From assembly GCA_951406725.2 (NCBI GenBank), contig OX597838.1, forward strand, positions 19,220,001 through 19,284,000: a stretch of DNA of 64,000 bases. The letters run 5' to 3'. Source of the stretch: Octopus vulgaris. Lineage: Eukaryota. How positions within the stretch are numbered: position 1 is the stretch's first letter; every line of letters begins with the position of its first letter. Both the position numbers and the translations under genes were made by a program. Under the pieces are notes generated by a model. It searched no databases, was not told the DNA's origin, and worked only from the letters and a program-made list of their open reading frames with translations. Positions 1 through 12,080 of this stretch are shown here, in pieces.

Positions 1-328
1 CGTGTGTCCGTGTATCAGTGTTCATCATTGTTATTTTAACATCCATTTTTCCATGCTTGCATGAACGAGGCAGAGTTCATTAACCCTTTTGTTACCATAT
101 TTATGTTGAGATGCTCTGTGTTTCTTTTAATTAATTTTAAATATAACAAAGTATGTAGTAAATATATATGAGTCGCTTTAGTAGACGGAAATTGAAAGAA
201 GTCCATTATATATAGATATATGTGCGTGTGTGTTGTACGCATGTAAATATTATTTTGTGTTACAGTACAGTTCTATCGTTACATATGTGCTGTAATTTAA
301 ATACTTGGAAAAAATTGAATCATTCCCA

Positions 329-729
329 TACTCTTTACTCTTTTCAGTCATTTGACTGCGGCCATGCTGGAGCACCGCCTTTAGTTGAGCAAATCGACCC
401 CGGGACTTATTCTTTGTAAACCCAGTACTTATTCTATCGGTCTCTTTTGCCGAACCGCTACGTGACGGGGACGTAAACACACCAGCATTGGTTGTCAAGC
501 AATGCTAGGGGGACAAACACAGACACACAAACACATACAAATATATATATATATATACATATATACGACAGACTTCTTTCAGTTTCCGTCTACCAAATCC
601 ACTCACAAGGCATTGGTCGGTCCGGGGCTATAGCAGAAGACACTTGCACAAGATGCCGCGCAGTGGGACTGAACCCGGAACCATGTGGTTGGTTAGCAAG
701 CTACTTACCACACAGCCACTCCTGCGCCT
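329..729 (-). mobile_element. tRNA-headed SINE family A (~400 bp, internal (TA)n(TG)n, AAGAGTA-repeat tail)
   Basis: Minus-strand head TGGCTGTGTGG (A box) and GGTTCAGTCCC (B box); more than 15 similar copies in the window. Confidence 0.85.
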
Positions 730-929
730 GTCTACTTTCAGAATAATACTATCCTAGGTTACGTAAGCCGTGGATCTTTGATACGGCTTCACGTATAGAC
801 ATTTGATTAGAACAAATTTGTCATCAGTACGATCTATTTCTAGCATATGGCTGTCCACATAGGGGTTTTAGCCCTTAAAATATACACATGTATATATATA
901 TGTATTTTCTTATTTTGTATTTTCTGCAG

Positions 930-1326
930 TCCATCGTCCTTGTCACCATGCTTTGGTATGAGTGGCACTGATAAACTAAACAACATGTCTCCAGCAGCAC
1001 AGCGACTCGCTAACTCCAGTCTACGCATCAAGACTAATACTGACAAGGCGTTAAGGGCCAGCTACAGCCCCAGTCCGTTACGCAGGCACAAGTCTCCTTT
1101 CTTCAGTCCTGACATGAAAAGCCCAGGTAGCAGTTCCTTCAGGAGTACTGGCAGCCAATCGAGCACTCCCGGTCATGTCCAAGATGTTGACCAGTATCAC
1201 CGACAAGTCAAGACACCAAGTGGTTCAGAGAAACGTAGTGTTGGTCATGGTGTTGCAGACTCTCCGTCGTTGACTGACAACTTGTTAAATCTTCCGGGAA
1301 GAATGTCAGCTTCAGACTTTTTCTGA
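930..1326 (+). CDS. ESS2: Splicing factor ESS-2/DGCR14 homolog, terminal coding exon (upstream exons outside window)
   Basis: Acceptor ttttctgcag|t at 929/930; peptide MSPAAQRL..TDKALRASYSPSP..SLTDNLLNLPGRMSASDFF* matches the ESS2/DGCR14 C-terminus (SPALQRL..TDRALRASYTPSP..ITDNLLQLP..ASDFF); AATAAA near 1411. Confidence 0.93.
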
Positions 1327-1689
1327 GATGTGTGCGACAAGTTACAGTGATCAAAGAATTGGGGGAAAAAAAGTGGTTTTTTGTAAATATATATTTTGAA
1401 AATTGAAAAAAATAAAATAAAAATGCTTATTTTTTAATATTGCTTTGTCTTTTTTTAATGTAATTTTCTTGCTGAAAAAGATTTTTTTTTTAATAATATT
1501 TGCAAAATTGTTTTCCTCTTAGTGAATTTTAATTCAGTAAACCTATTGACTAAAGGTATTTTAGTTGGGACCATCTGGTCTTTTATTTCAGAATGGGCCA
1601 TTTGAACATATAATTTATATATATATAGGCACAGGAATGGCTATGTGGTAAGTAGCTTGCTTACCAACCACTACTAAATTGGTCCCACA

Positions 1690-2010
1690 TATGGCTTGAA
1701 CCTGGAAAGACCCTCTTCCCCCTGTGCATTCTTCACATTTAATAACTTTTCATAATCACACTTCCATCCCTCTTTGTATTCAGAATCATTAAGTGTAAGT
1801 ATGATTTAGTCAATCTGAGAGGTGATCAGGTGGATGGTTGGTTTTCTGAAGTTAATGCTGCCGACCATCAAGCTATTTGCATCACAGAACTCCAAGAACC
1901 TTGTTCCCTCCTCATTTCTAGAACTAAAGCCGCAACCTCCATGTATACCACAGAATCCTTTGGAGTCTTGCCTAACATATACTGAAATCACCAGCTACAA
2001 TAATGTCATT
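1690..2010 (-). mobile_element. Degenerate RTE LINE endonuclease fragment
   Basis: IHGGCGFSSRNEEGTRFLEFCDANSLMVGSINFRKP..ID resembles an APE endonuclease segment (GxxNxxGxRLLEFC). Confidence 0.65.
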
Positions 2011-2665
2011 TGTTGAGGTAATCTGCAAAACAGACTCATATCGGCCCTGTTCAAATTTCGGACATTGGTAGAATGTGTTGTATATATAAGAACCTCCAGC
2101 GATGTATATTTCATTTGTCATTTATGACAACCCTAACCCCCAAACCTTAAAACCAGTACAAACACCCAAACGATGTCATAAATAACAGTGACAAATGAAA
2201 AATACCCCACCGATAGTTTTTGTTGACAAATAACGGCAGTAATTTTATTCAGCTGAATACATGTCATTGATTGGTTGAAATTACCGAAATACGACAACTT
2301 TAACGTGAAATAACTTCGTAAATATAAGTTTTTCTCAAAAATGCTAAGAGTAAAACATGTTTTATATGACATATTTCTACCAGTGTCCGAAGTTTGAAAG
2401 TGTTTAGTTACAAAAAATTATTTTTTAAATCTGTCGGTCAAAAGGTAAAGATCCCAAAAATATAAACAGAAAGAAAAAGGAGAAAAAAAAAGATCAAGAA
2501 AAATATTTTGTTCCCTATAATAATTCATATATATTTTTTCTAGATATGTTTCTTTTTTATTTGGTATTAAAAAAAAAAAAATCAATGAAACCCAACATAA
2601 TTAAATATTAATTAAAAAAAAAAAAGCCCCAATATTTTTTTTAAAGTCTAATTGTTTATTAAGTT

Positions 2666-2876
2666 TCAAGTTGGTTGTTGGTTCTGAATTTGTGATTGTA
2701 ATTTTTTCATAGCAGCTTCATCTTGTTGTGAAATAGCTGTGAGTTTTTTACCAATTCTGTCATGAACATCGAGGTACTTGGCCACACATCGGTCTAAACA
2801 AACTGCTTCACCTTTGTTGAGTTCGGCATCTTTGTATCGAGGTGGAATGCATTTCTTCTGACAGGCACTGGTCATT
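2666..2876 (-). CDS. TIMM10: Mitochondrial import inner membrane translocase Tim10, last coding exon
   Basis: Acceptor ttttgcag at 2878-2877 (-); [39 protein letters not shown] has the twin CX3C small-Tim motif matching Tim10. Confidence 0.96.
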
Positions 2877-3019
2877 CTGCAAAAGACCAAAACAAAGAAG
2901 AACTATGAGTGCATTGCATTTTATAGCAGAAACATTTTATAGCTTGCTTACCAACCACATGGTTCCGGGTTCAGTCCCACTGCGTGGCACCTTGGGCAAA
3001 TGTCTTCTACTGTAGCCTC

Positions 3020-3404
3020 TTTTCTCTTTTTCTCCCTTTATTTGTTTCAGTCATTTTGACTGCGGCCATGCTGGAGCACCGCCTTTAATCGAGCAACTCA
3101 ACCCCAGGACTTATTCTTTGTAAGCCCAGTACTTATTCTATCGGTCTCTTTTGCCGAACCGCTAAGTGACGGGGACATAAACATACCAGCATCGGTTGTC
3201 AAGCAATGCTAGGGGGACAAACACAGACACACAAACATATATACAACGGGCTTCTTTCAGTTTCCGTCTACCAAATCCACTCACAAGGCTTTGTTGGGCC
3301 CGAGGCTATAGTAGAAGACACTTGCCCAAAGTACCACACAGTGGGACTGAACCCGGAACCACGTGGTTGGTAAACAAGCTACGTACCACACAGCCACTCC
3401 TGCA
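3020..3404 (-). mobile_element. SINE family A copy
   Basis: Same sequence as 329-729. Confidence 0.85.
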
Positions 3405-3452
3405 ATGAAATTCATTGCATAATTACTAGTTCCCTTGTCATTTATATAATCT

Positions 3453-3930
3453 GGGCGGCGAGCTGGCAGAAACGTTAGCACGCCGGGTAAAATGCGTAGC
3501 CGTATTTCGTCTGCCGTTAGATTCTGAGTTCAAATTCTACCGAGGTCGACTTTGCCTTTCATCCTTTCGGGGTCGATAAATTAAATACCAGTTATGCACT
3601 GGGGATTGATATGTATTTCTTTACTACCCACAAGGGGTTAAACATAGAGGGGACAAACAAGGACAGACAAAGGGATTAAGTCGATTACATCGACCCAGCG
3701 CGAAACTGGTGCTTTATTTATCGACCCCGAGAGGATGAAAGGCAAAGTCGACCTCGGCGGAATTTGAACTCAGAACGCAGCGGCAGCCGAAGTACCGCTA
3801 AGCATTTCGCCCGATGTGCTAACAATTCTGCCAGTTTGCCGCCTTCGATTATATCGACTGGGGTTGATATAATCGACTTAATCCATTTGTCCCCTCTGTG
3901 TTTAGCCCCTTGTGGGTAATAAAGAAATAT
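3453..3930. mobile_element. SINE family B: plus copy interrupted by an inverted minus copy
   Basis: Head GAGCTGGCAGAAACGTTAGC..GAGTTCAAATTC; body GACTTTGCCTTTCATCCTTTCGGGGTCGATAAATTAA; tail GTGGGTAATAAAGAAATA. Confidence 0.8.
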
Positions 3931-3934
3931 ATAA

Positions 3935-4095
3935 TCTGGGTCCACTTAGAGTGGAGGGAAGCTGTGGAAGAGGGATACCCAGAAAGGCATGGGATGAAGC
4001 ACTGAAGGCCGATCTCAAAATGCCAAACCTTATGAAAGAGATGATAGTGAACCGAGATACGTGGTGCATTGTTGAACTCGAGAAGACCCACCCAC
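3935..4095 (+). mobile_element. RTE-type LINE 3' end fragment
   Basis: LRVEGSCGRGIPRKAWDEALKADLK..NRDTW resembles the RTE C-terminal GxRxRGRPRKxW motif. Confidence 0.65.
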
Positions 4096-4432
4096 CACAA
4101 CAGAATTGAGATCCTAAAACCAAGGTGCCACGAAAAAAGCATTTATGTGGGTGCTGGTAGATAAATAAGCATTACATTTGACAGAATCTGTTAGACAGGA
4201 GATGCTGGGCCTAAGGAGTGCACTGTTCCCCAGTATTTGTTTGACGTAACTTGTGTGACTTGATGTCCTTCCTAACACCAACCACTTTACAGTATGTACT
4301 GGGTGGTTTTTATGAGCCACCAGCAATAGTGAGTTACCATGGAACCTTATAAAACTACATACCCTGAATGGGGAGGGGAAGTTTATGCTGGGAGAATAAA
4401 GAACGGAGGGGTAAAATATGAGAGAAAGGGTT

Positions 4433-5075
4433 ATACTCTCTCTCTCTCTCTTTTACTTGTTTCAGTCATTTGACTGTGGCCATGCTGGAGCACCGCCTTT
4501 AATCGAGCAACTCGACCCCGGGACTTATTCTTTTGTAAGCCCAGTACTTATTCTATTGGTCTCTTTTGCTGAACCGCTAAGTAACGGGGACATAAACACA
4601 CCAGCATCGGTTGTCAAGCAATGCTAGGGGGACAAACACAGACACACAAACGCATATATATATCATCATCATCGTTTAACGTCCGTTTTCCGCACTAGCA
4701 CGGGTTGGACGGTTCGACCGGGGTCTGGGAAGCCAGGGGCTGCACCAGGCTCCAGTTTGATCTGGCACTGTTTCTACAGCTGGATGCCCTTCCTAATGCC
4801 AACCACTCCGTGAGTGTAGTGGGTGCTTTTTACGTGGCAGGTAAAAAGTACCCACTACACTCGCGGAATGGTTGGCGTTAGGAAGGGCATCCAGCTGTAT
4901 ATATATATACATATATACGATGGGCTTCTTTCAGTTTCCGTCTACCAAATCCACTCACAAGGCTTTGGTCGGCCCGAGGCTATAGTAGAAGACACTTGCC
5001 CAAGGTGCCACACAGTGGGACTAATATCCGGAACCGTGTAGTTGGTAAACAAGCTACTTACCACACAGCCACTCC
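4433..5075 (-). mobile_element. SINE A with nested SINE-D fold-back (4663-4899) in its TA tract
   Basis: Both halves of A flank a (CAT)n-tailed D element. Confidence 0.8.
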
Positions 5076-5229
5076 TTTTTCTATACAAACCACTTTACAG
5101 TATGTACTGGGTGTATTTTATTATACCATCCATCCACCCACTTACTCTAGAGATGCTGTCTGACAAGACTGATGCCCCTGTCCTCCCATTATTGTATCAG
5201 TTTTTATTCAGAGTTGCTGCAATCTACAT

Positions 5230-5401
5230 AGGTGCAGGAGTGGCTGTGTGGTAAGTAGCTTGCTAACCAACCACATGGTTCCAGGTTCAGTCCCACTGCG
5301 TGGCATCTTGAGCAAGTGTCTTCTGCTATAGCCCCGGGCCGACCAATGCCTTGTGAGTGGATTTGGTAGACGGAAACTGAAAGAAGCCTGTCGTATATAT
5401 G

Positions 5402-5432
<31 letters not shown>

Positions 5433-5638
5433 TTGTCCCCCTAGCATTGCTTGACAACCGATGCTGGTGTGTTTACGTCTCCGTCACTTAGCGGTTCGGC
5501 AAAAAGAGACCGATAGAATAAGTACTGGGCTTACAAAAAGAATAAGTCCCGGGGTCGAGTTGCTCGACTAAAGGCGGTGCTCCAGCATGGCCGCAGTCAA
5601 ATGACTGAAACAAGTAAAAGAGTAAGGAGTAAAGAGTA
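5230..5638 (+). mobile_element. SINE family A copy
   Basis: Full length, plus orientation. Confidence 0.85.
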
Positions 5639-5985
5639 ATATGTCTTCTTAACTCTAGCGGGCAGAGATTTATACTCAATTATAGCACCAGTGCTGGTTT
5701 TAGACATAAGCCAAACAAGCTACAGCTTAGGGCTTTATAGTAATTAAAAGGCACATTAAGGTGACAAGCTAGGAGAATCGTTAGCACACTGGGCAAAATG
5801 CTGTTATGCATTTTGCCCATCTTCATGTTCTGAGTTCAAATTCCACTGAGGCTGACTTTGCCTTTCATCCCTTCAGGGTCTCTAGAATAAGTATCAGTTG
5901 AGTTCTGGAGTGGGTGTAATTGACCTACCCCTCTCCTGAAATTGCTGGCCTTGTGCCAAAATTTGAAGTCAATAATTAAAAGACA

Positions 5986-6388
5986 TACTCTTTTACTTGT
6001 TTCAGTCTTTTGACTGTGGCCATGCTGGAGCATCGCCTTTAGTCGAGCAAATCGACCCCGGGACTTATTCTTTGTAAGCTCAGTACTTATTCTATCGGTC
6101 TCTTTTGCCGAACCGCTAAGTGACGGGGACGTAAACACACCAGCATCGGTTGTCAAGCAATGCTAGGGGGACAAACACAGACACACAAACACACATATAA
6201 ATATATATATACATACATATATATGGCAGGCTTCTTTCAGTTTCCGTCTACCAAATCCACTCACAAGGCATTGGTCGGCCTGGGGCTATAGTAGAAGACA
6301 CTTGCCCAAGATGCCATGCAGTGGGACTGAACCCGGAACCGTATGGTTGGTTAGCAAGCTACTTACCACACAGTCACTCCTGCGCCTG
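5986..6388 (-). mobile_element. SINE family A copy
   Basis: Full length. Confidence 0.85.
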
Positions 6389-6619
6389 TTTTCAAGTTTT
6401 ATGAGATCTGGCGTGATATTTTAACAAAGGGCCTCCAAGCTTTATAAAGCTCAGGGCTTCACCATGTTTAGATCTGTCATTGTATGGGGCAATTAATTAT
6501 TAGGAGAAATTACTCAGATGATATGCAGTTTGATATCACGTCGAGGTACTCTCAATGCTCTCCTTCTTGTAAAAGATCTACTGAAGTTATTAGTCCAGAT
6601 TAAACTGCTGTATCTAGTA

Positions 6620-7002
6620 CTAGCAGTATCACCCGGCGTTGCTTGGGTTTGTAAGGGAAATAACTATATAAGCATTTTTAGAGTTATAGCCAAAAAATGC
6701 ATTAAAAATGGAAAAAAATGATGGTAAATTTTTTTTAAATCGTTGACTCATCGTAGACATTTTTAGAGAGTTACTTCCCTTATATAATAACGAAAAAATG
6801 CATTAAAATGGAAAAAAATTATGGTAAATTATTTTTAAAATCGTAGACTCATTGTAGACACGCGCTAATACCCAGAAGGGCTCGATATGAATCACGACTA
6901 TAAGATACCCGGTTTTGGTTAAACTGCACTGCAAAATGTGGGAGTAGTTAGGAATCTAAATCGTAGGAGACAGACACACAACCTTACTTTTATATATAAA
7001 GA
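6620..7002 (-). mobile_element. Non-autonomous Helitron
   Basis: Minus strand begins TCTTTATATATAAAAG and ends with hairpin CCCAAGCAACGCCGGG then ..CTAG, inserted between A and T, no TSD; internal ~110-bp duplication. Confidence 0.7.
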
Positions 7003-7296
7003 TTTCTCAACCAGGAGAAGACCTCCAGCAGGATACACACACTCTGTAGTTCTGTAGTCTGATGTTCACTGAGAAAATTATGTGAGGATGAATGGCTTGT
7101 AAGATCATGAAGATAATGCATGTATGGGATTTTTCACCTGTGGACCTTTTTGATTCTTATTTTAATTGGACGGACCCAGGTTTGCAGCTGATGCAGCAAG
7201 GTTGGTGTAATAACTGTTTGTGATTTAGGTACAAGGCCTGCAAATTTGAATTTGACAGGAGGAGGGTTAGTCAGTATCATTGACTCCAAAACTTGA

Positions 7297-7692
7297 CTCT
7301 CTCTTTTACTTGTTTCAGTCATTTGACTGCGGCCATGCTGGAGCACCGCCTTTAGTCGGGCAAATCAACCCTGGGACTTATTCTTCATAAGCCCAGTACT
7401 TATTCTATCGGTCTCTTTTGCCGAACCGCTAAGTGATGGGGACGTAAACACACCAGCATCGGTTGTCAAGCAATGCTAGAGGGACAAACACAGACACAAA
7501 AACACATACACACACGTATATATATATACACACATATATATGACAGGCTTCTTTCAGTTTCCGCCTACCAAATCCACTCACAAGGCATTGGTCGGCCTGG
7601 GGCTATAGCAGAAAACACTTGCCCAAGATGCCATGCAGTGGGACTGAACCCGGAACCATGTGGTTGGTTAGCAAGCTACTTACCACACAGCC
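7297..7692 (-). mobile_element. SINE family A copy
   Basis: Near full length. Confidence 0.85.
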
Positions 7693-8218
7693 AAAAAAAT
7701 TATTTATTTTGTGTTTTATTTACTTTGCTAGGTAGTCGTTGTAGGATCGACTAGTCACGGCTAGCTTGCGCGAGTACGCGAGTGCGCGCACCGGGACCAC
7801 TGTTCTCAAGTAGTACCTTTCATTACTACATTTATTCTGAGATGTTCATAGTTGGAATATTCTATCGTTAAACGTCTAAATTGACCCAGAAGGTAAACAA
7901 CAACAATTGGTGAACAGCCAGATGAAAATCGAGAGAGATTAACAAATATATAACAAACGTGGACAATAAGATCGCCTACGGTATTTCCCATAAGGATCTA
8001 ACAACGAGAGAGAAAAGCTGAGGAGCGGAGAGAAGCCGCTCACAAAGCACTAATATATTCTATAAGGCAGTGTTTACCAACCTATTTTCCCCCGGGCCCC
8101 ACTATAACTTCCTAGAAAAATGTATGCTCCACCGGTGGCTCGAAAAAAAAAAAAAACTTATTCTTAATATCTTATCACAATTATTTATTACGAAAGAATC
8201 TACCGGTAAACTCTTTTA

Positions 8219-8469
8219 GGAATTCCTTCGATATAACTCGACAAAATCAAAACATTTCACTTGGGGTATTTCCGTGGGTTGTAGAGTAATTAATATAACG
8301 AAATTACGCCAACAATGTTTCATTTTAAACTTGAAGAAAACCTGTTTCATGTGTGTATGTAAAATCCGCAAATTTCCAAGCAGAACACAGAATCGAACTG
8401 TCATTTGCTTCCACGGAAATACCCGAAATGAAGTGTTTTGATTTTGTCGAGTTATATCGAAAGAATGCC
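8219..8469. mobile_element. GG..CC-terminated MITE (Merlin-like), nested
   Basis: ~59-bp TIRs; 8-bp TSD CTCTTTTA (8211-8218/8470-8477). Confidence 0.75.
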
Positions 8470-8577
8470 CTCTTTTATTACGTACTGAGTACAAAAAAGT
8501 ACAATACTAAGAAGAAGAAAAAAATGGATCCCACGTCCCACCATAATTTTCCCAGGCCCTACCGGTAGGGCATATAT

Positions 8578-8778
8578 CAGTGGTTTTCAACCAGGGTTCC
8601 GCCAGTACAGTCCAGGGGTTCCGCAAGAAGTTACAAAACTGCTAAAATCGGCAGTAACGTTTTATTCCCCTGTGCAGATATGTGTGCATAAGACTATTAA
8701 ATTATTGCACAGGGGTTCCTCGAGCCAGTGGAATGTTACCTTGGGGTTCCGCTCCAGCAAAAAGTTTGAAAAGCACTG
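8578..8778. mobile_element. hAT/Charlie-like MITE, nested
   Basis: TIR CAGTGGTTTTCAA/TTGAAAAGCACTG; TSD (G/A)CATATAT. Confidence 0.75.
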
Positions 8779-11208
8779 ACATATATGACCTACGTTAGGG
8801 ATCACTGCTATAAGGCATCCAAGATATGAATGAAATTATAATTGAAGGCATAGTAGCATCAATGAGAAAAGTCAAAAACAAAACGGAAATTATAACAGAA
8901 ATCCATTCGCAGAATGGAACAGATTCTCGAATAAAGTTTCTATTGCCACCCGATATCAGCCAACACAAACCAACTCCTGTAACTATCCTTATTTAAAGAA
9001 AACACACACACACACGTATATATAATCAACCGGTTTATGCTAACGCGGGAGCCTTTATGTAGTTGCTCAAACGGTTAGAAATAGCTGCCAAATTTCCACA
9101 CCCACACACTGAAAATCCTACATTCACAACGTATGTTTGTTTGAATAAAGACGTGAAGGTCACGGCTGGAATGGTTTGTGTATAAGCTCGCTGAGCTGAA
9201 GCCAAACAACAACAACAATAACAGCGTGTTTGGTAAAGTATGGTAAACCATCGCATTTCTTAGTAGAATATTACCTAACCGGCATTTTGGTCATATTCTT
9301 GGACACGTGCTTAGAAGAACCGTGCATCTGTAGCACAATCAATGAATTCTTGAAAGATAATTACTTGAAAGCAATCGAAAATGATGCCGATTTAATATCT
9401 AAAGAATGTTTAGGGTCGCTGATTTCAAGATTTATTAAAACTAGCATCTTTATACGCAGCTAAACGAAATGACCTTAAAGTCGACACTTTAAGGTCAAAG
9501 GGGCCTAGTCGTTGTTGTTTCTTATTTTTGTCTTTCAACTAATATTTCAAAATAATTCATTATTACTGAATGGTAGAATTAAATTCGTTCGAAAATCAAT
9601 TACAGAAACAAAAATCAGAAAATATTAGAGATGCTTCTTCGCTTTTTTTAATTTTTTATTATTTCTGTAAACGTGTTCTAAGCCCAAAATCAAAATGTGC
9701 GTGTGTACGATCCTTATTACAGCTGAGAAGGAAGGGTCCCACGCAATATTCAAGTTTGTTAATATCAAAACGGTGTAAAATTCACTATAAACGGTCATAC
9801 GGGAAAATCGATTTCCTTAATCAACGAGGCAATTAAGTAATGATCTTTATTATTTAGTCCCCAAAATAAACCATCATCCGGCAGACCTTATCATCAGAGA
9901 TAATGCAGTTATGATCATCCCGAATTTTTGTATATCAGTGACTGACCTTTTTTTTTTATGAGAATAAGTGTAATTTGAGTGAAATTTGACTGCTATTTCT
10001 AGCGGATCGAGCGATTGCATCGAAGCTCACTCGCCTTGTTTGTTATTTAGGGCAAGGTAATGAGAACAGCAGGGACTGATTCTCTGCATGACCCAAACGA
10101 CTTGACTGACTGAGTTCAAATACCGGCGAGGTCGTTCGACCGTGTCCTTGATTTTATCAATCAATCAAGCTTCGGATATAAGCACCAATAAAATACTAAT
10201 TGGAATAAACTTAATAAAACTGCAGGATTTTGTTTATTAATATATTAAATATATTATAATATTTTAAGTTATTTTGTTCCAAGATTCGAAACAAACAAGA
10301 GTCTTTAAATAATCGTTCGATCTGCTAGAAATAGCAGCCAGGTTCTCACTCAGATTACACTTCTATCGACTTCAAAAACGGATGGGTCATGTAATTCTAC
10401 ATACATTGTTCTTTTTGCTTTCTTTGTTTTTATGGTGGGAGCGGAGAGATTAAACGGTCATAACTGGAATACTTCAACCAGGACTAACCTTTTGACTGAA
10501 CGACAAAAAGAAAGCGGATCTTTTTAAATATCAAAACACTGCTTTGATTTTTTTTCAAATTAAAATGCTTTGTATTTTCGGTATAGTTATATATGGTAAT
10601 TATAGCAATATAATTATGAAATTATCATATAATTAATGTATTTATTTGAGGAGTTAATTAAAAATTAACCAGTGATTACTGAAGCAAAATTTTGGCAATA
10701 TTATATAAGAATCTAACAGGTATTATCACGCACTACACACAAAGGACCCTTAGATTTTTAAAACTAAAAATCATATTAGTTTATATTAAGAAAACTTCTT
10801 TCACTCTCTCTCTCTTCCACCCACATTTCAATACTCCAAAGATATTATTTGATGACGGAGTACTTTTTAAAGACATATCCATGCAGCATCCAGGATATTT
10901 GGTCGAACCAAAGAGTGTCGGAACAGTCGCAGACTTTACAGTTGACAATCAATGAAAGGTGAATTATGTTGTTTTGTGGGTGACGGGTGGACGACAGAAT
11001 TGGAAGACGGTTAAACTTTGCGTATCATCAGTTCGGAGTGCGGCGATGAGTGATGCTGGCGAGGAATGAATGGGAGGTCGCTGAAATCAGTATGGAGTCG
11101 AAGACTTTGAGATCGATCTGATTATTAGACCATCCCTTTCTTCCAAACTATGTGATGACTGTGTGCATGTGTTTGAAATCAATTATACACAAAGGATACA
11201 TACATATA

Positions 11209-11261
<53 letters not shown>

Positions 11262-11310
11262 GGGAGAGATATGCAGAGACAGAAATACTTTGAAAAACCT
11301 TTAAACTGAC

Positions 11311-11384
11311 CTGTTATACATGTCCGCCATCATTTCCATTTCTAAATCCACAACTAGTTTCATTTGAGCTTCGTTTAACGCCAT
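11311..11384 (-). CDS. TIMM10: Tim10, first coding exon
   Basis: Manual translation MALNEAQMKLVVDLEMEMMADMYN-R(AG|gtcagt), compare human ELEVEMMADMYNRM; phase-2 donor at 11310 fits the phase-2 acceptor at 2876; upstream acceptor at 11470-11469 implies a non-coding 5' exon. Confidence 0.95.
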
Positions 11385-11764
11385 CTTTCAATCAGTCAAA
11401 TTTTTTTTTTAAAGAATATTTGGGGAAAAGTGAAAACAAAAATTTTAAACAAACGTAATAGCTGTCGACTGAAAGGAGCAGAAGGTGAATTATGGAGTAG
11501 GAAGTGTGTGTTTTGTTATGTGAGGGGCAAGAAGGGGGCAGGACCGCCGCGTTACTGAAATATCAAGGTGTTTCTCGATAGAGGTGTGTAACTCAGTATG
11601 TACACGTGCTTTTGTGAGGAACTTCGCTGCTAAACTGTCGTAACTGGGAAACAGAAGGGCAGATAACTCTCTTTTACTGGCGAGAACGAGGGCACTTCTT
11701 ACCCGGTCATTCCACCTGACTTGCTAGAAACAGCAGTCAATTTTGCCTTCATTCGCACCATTCA

Positions 11765-12080
11765 TCGTCATCGTTTAACGTCCGCTTTCCATGCTGGCAT
11801 GGGTTGGACGGTTCAACTGGGTCTGGGTCTGGGAAGCCAGAAGGCTGCACCAGGCCCAGTCTGATCTGGCAATGTTTCTACGGCTGGATGCCCTTCCTAA
11901 CGCCAACCACTCCATGAGTGTAGTGGGTGCTTTTTACGTGCCACCGGCACTGGTGCCAGACGAGGCTGGCAAACGGCCACGATCGGATGGTGCTTTTTAC
12001 GTACCACCGGCACGGAGGCCAGGCGAGGCTGGCAAACGGCCACGATCGGATGGTGCTTTTTACGTGCCACCGGCACGGAC
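11765..12080 (-). mobile_element. SINE family D ((GAT)n tail, GGAAGGGCATCCAGCCGTAGAAAC body, internal ~60-bp tandem units)
   Basis: Recurs at 27990-28310, 50350-50640, 52165-52935, 53415-53726, 54160-54397. Confidence 0.75.

Larger units (their letters stand above)
8068..8807. mobile_element. hAT-type MITE containing two nested MITEs
   Basis: CAGTG..CACTG ends; perfect 8-bp TSD CTATAAGG (8060-8067/8808-8815). Confidence 0.8.

Noticed and set aside
250-746. Recurrent short ORFs (MSSNARGTNTDTQ.., MTTDAGVFTSPS.., MLGGQTQT..) across the window
   Set aside because: Reading frames through SINE A copies, mostly non-ATG starts; not genes
9230-9463. 77-aa ORF in the TIMM10 intron (also 10692-10955)
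   Set aside because: No recognisable homology or convincing splice context
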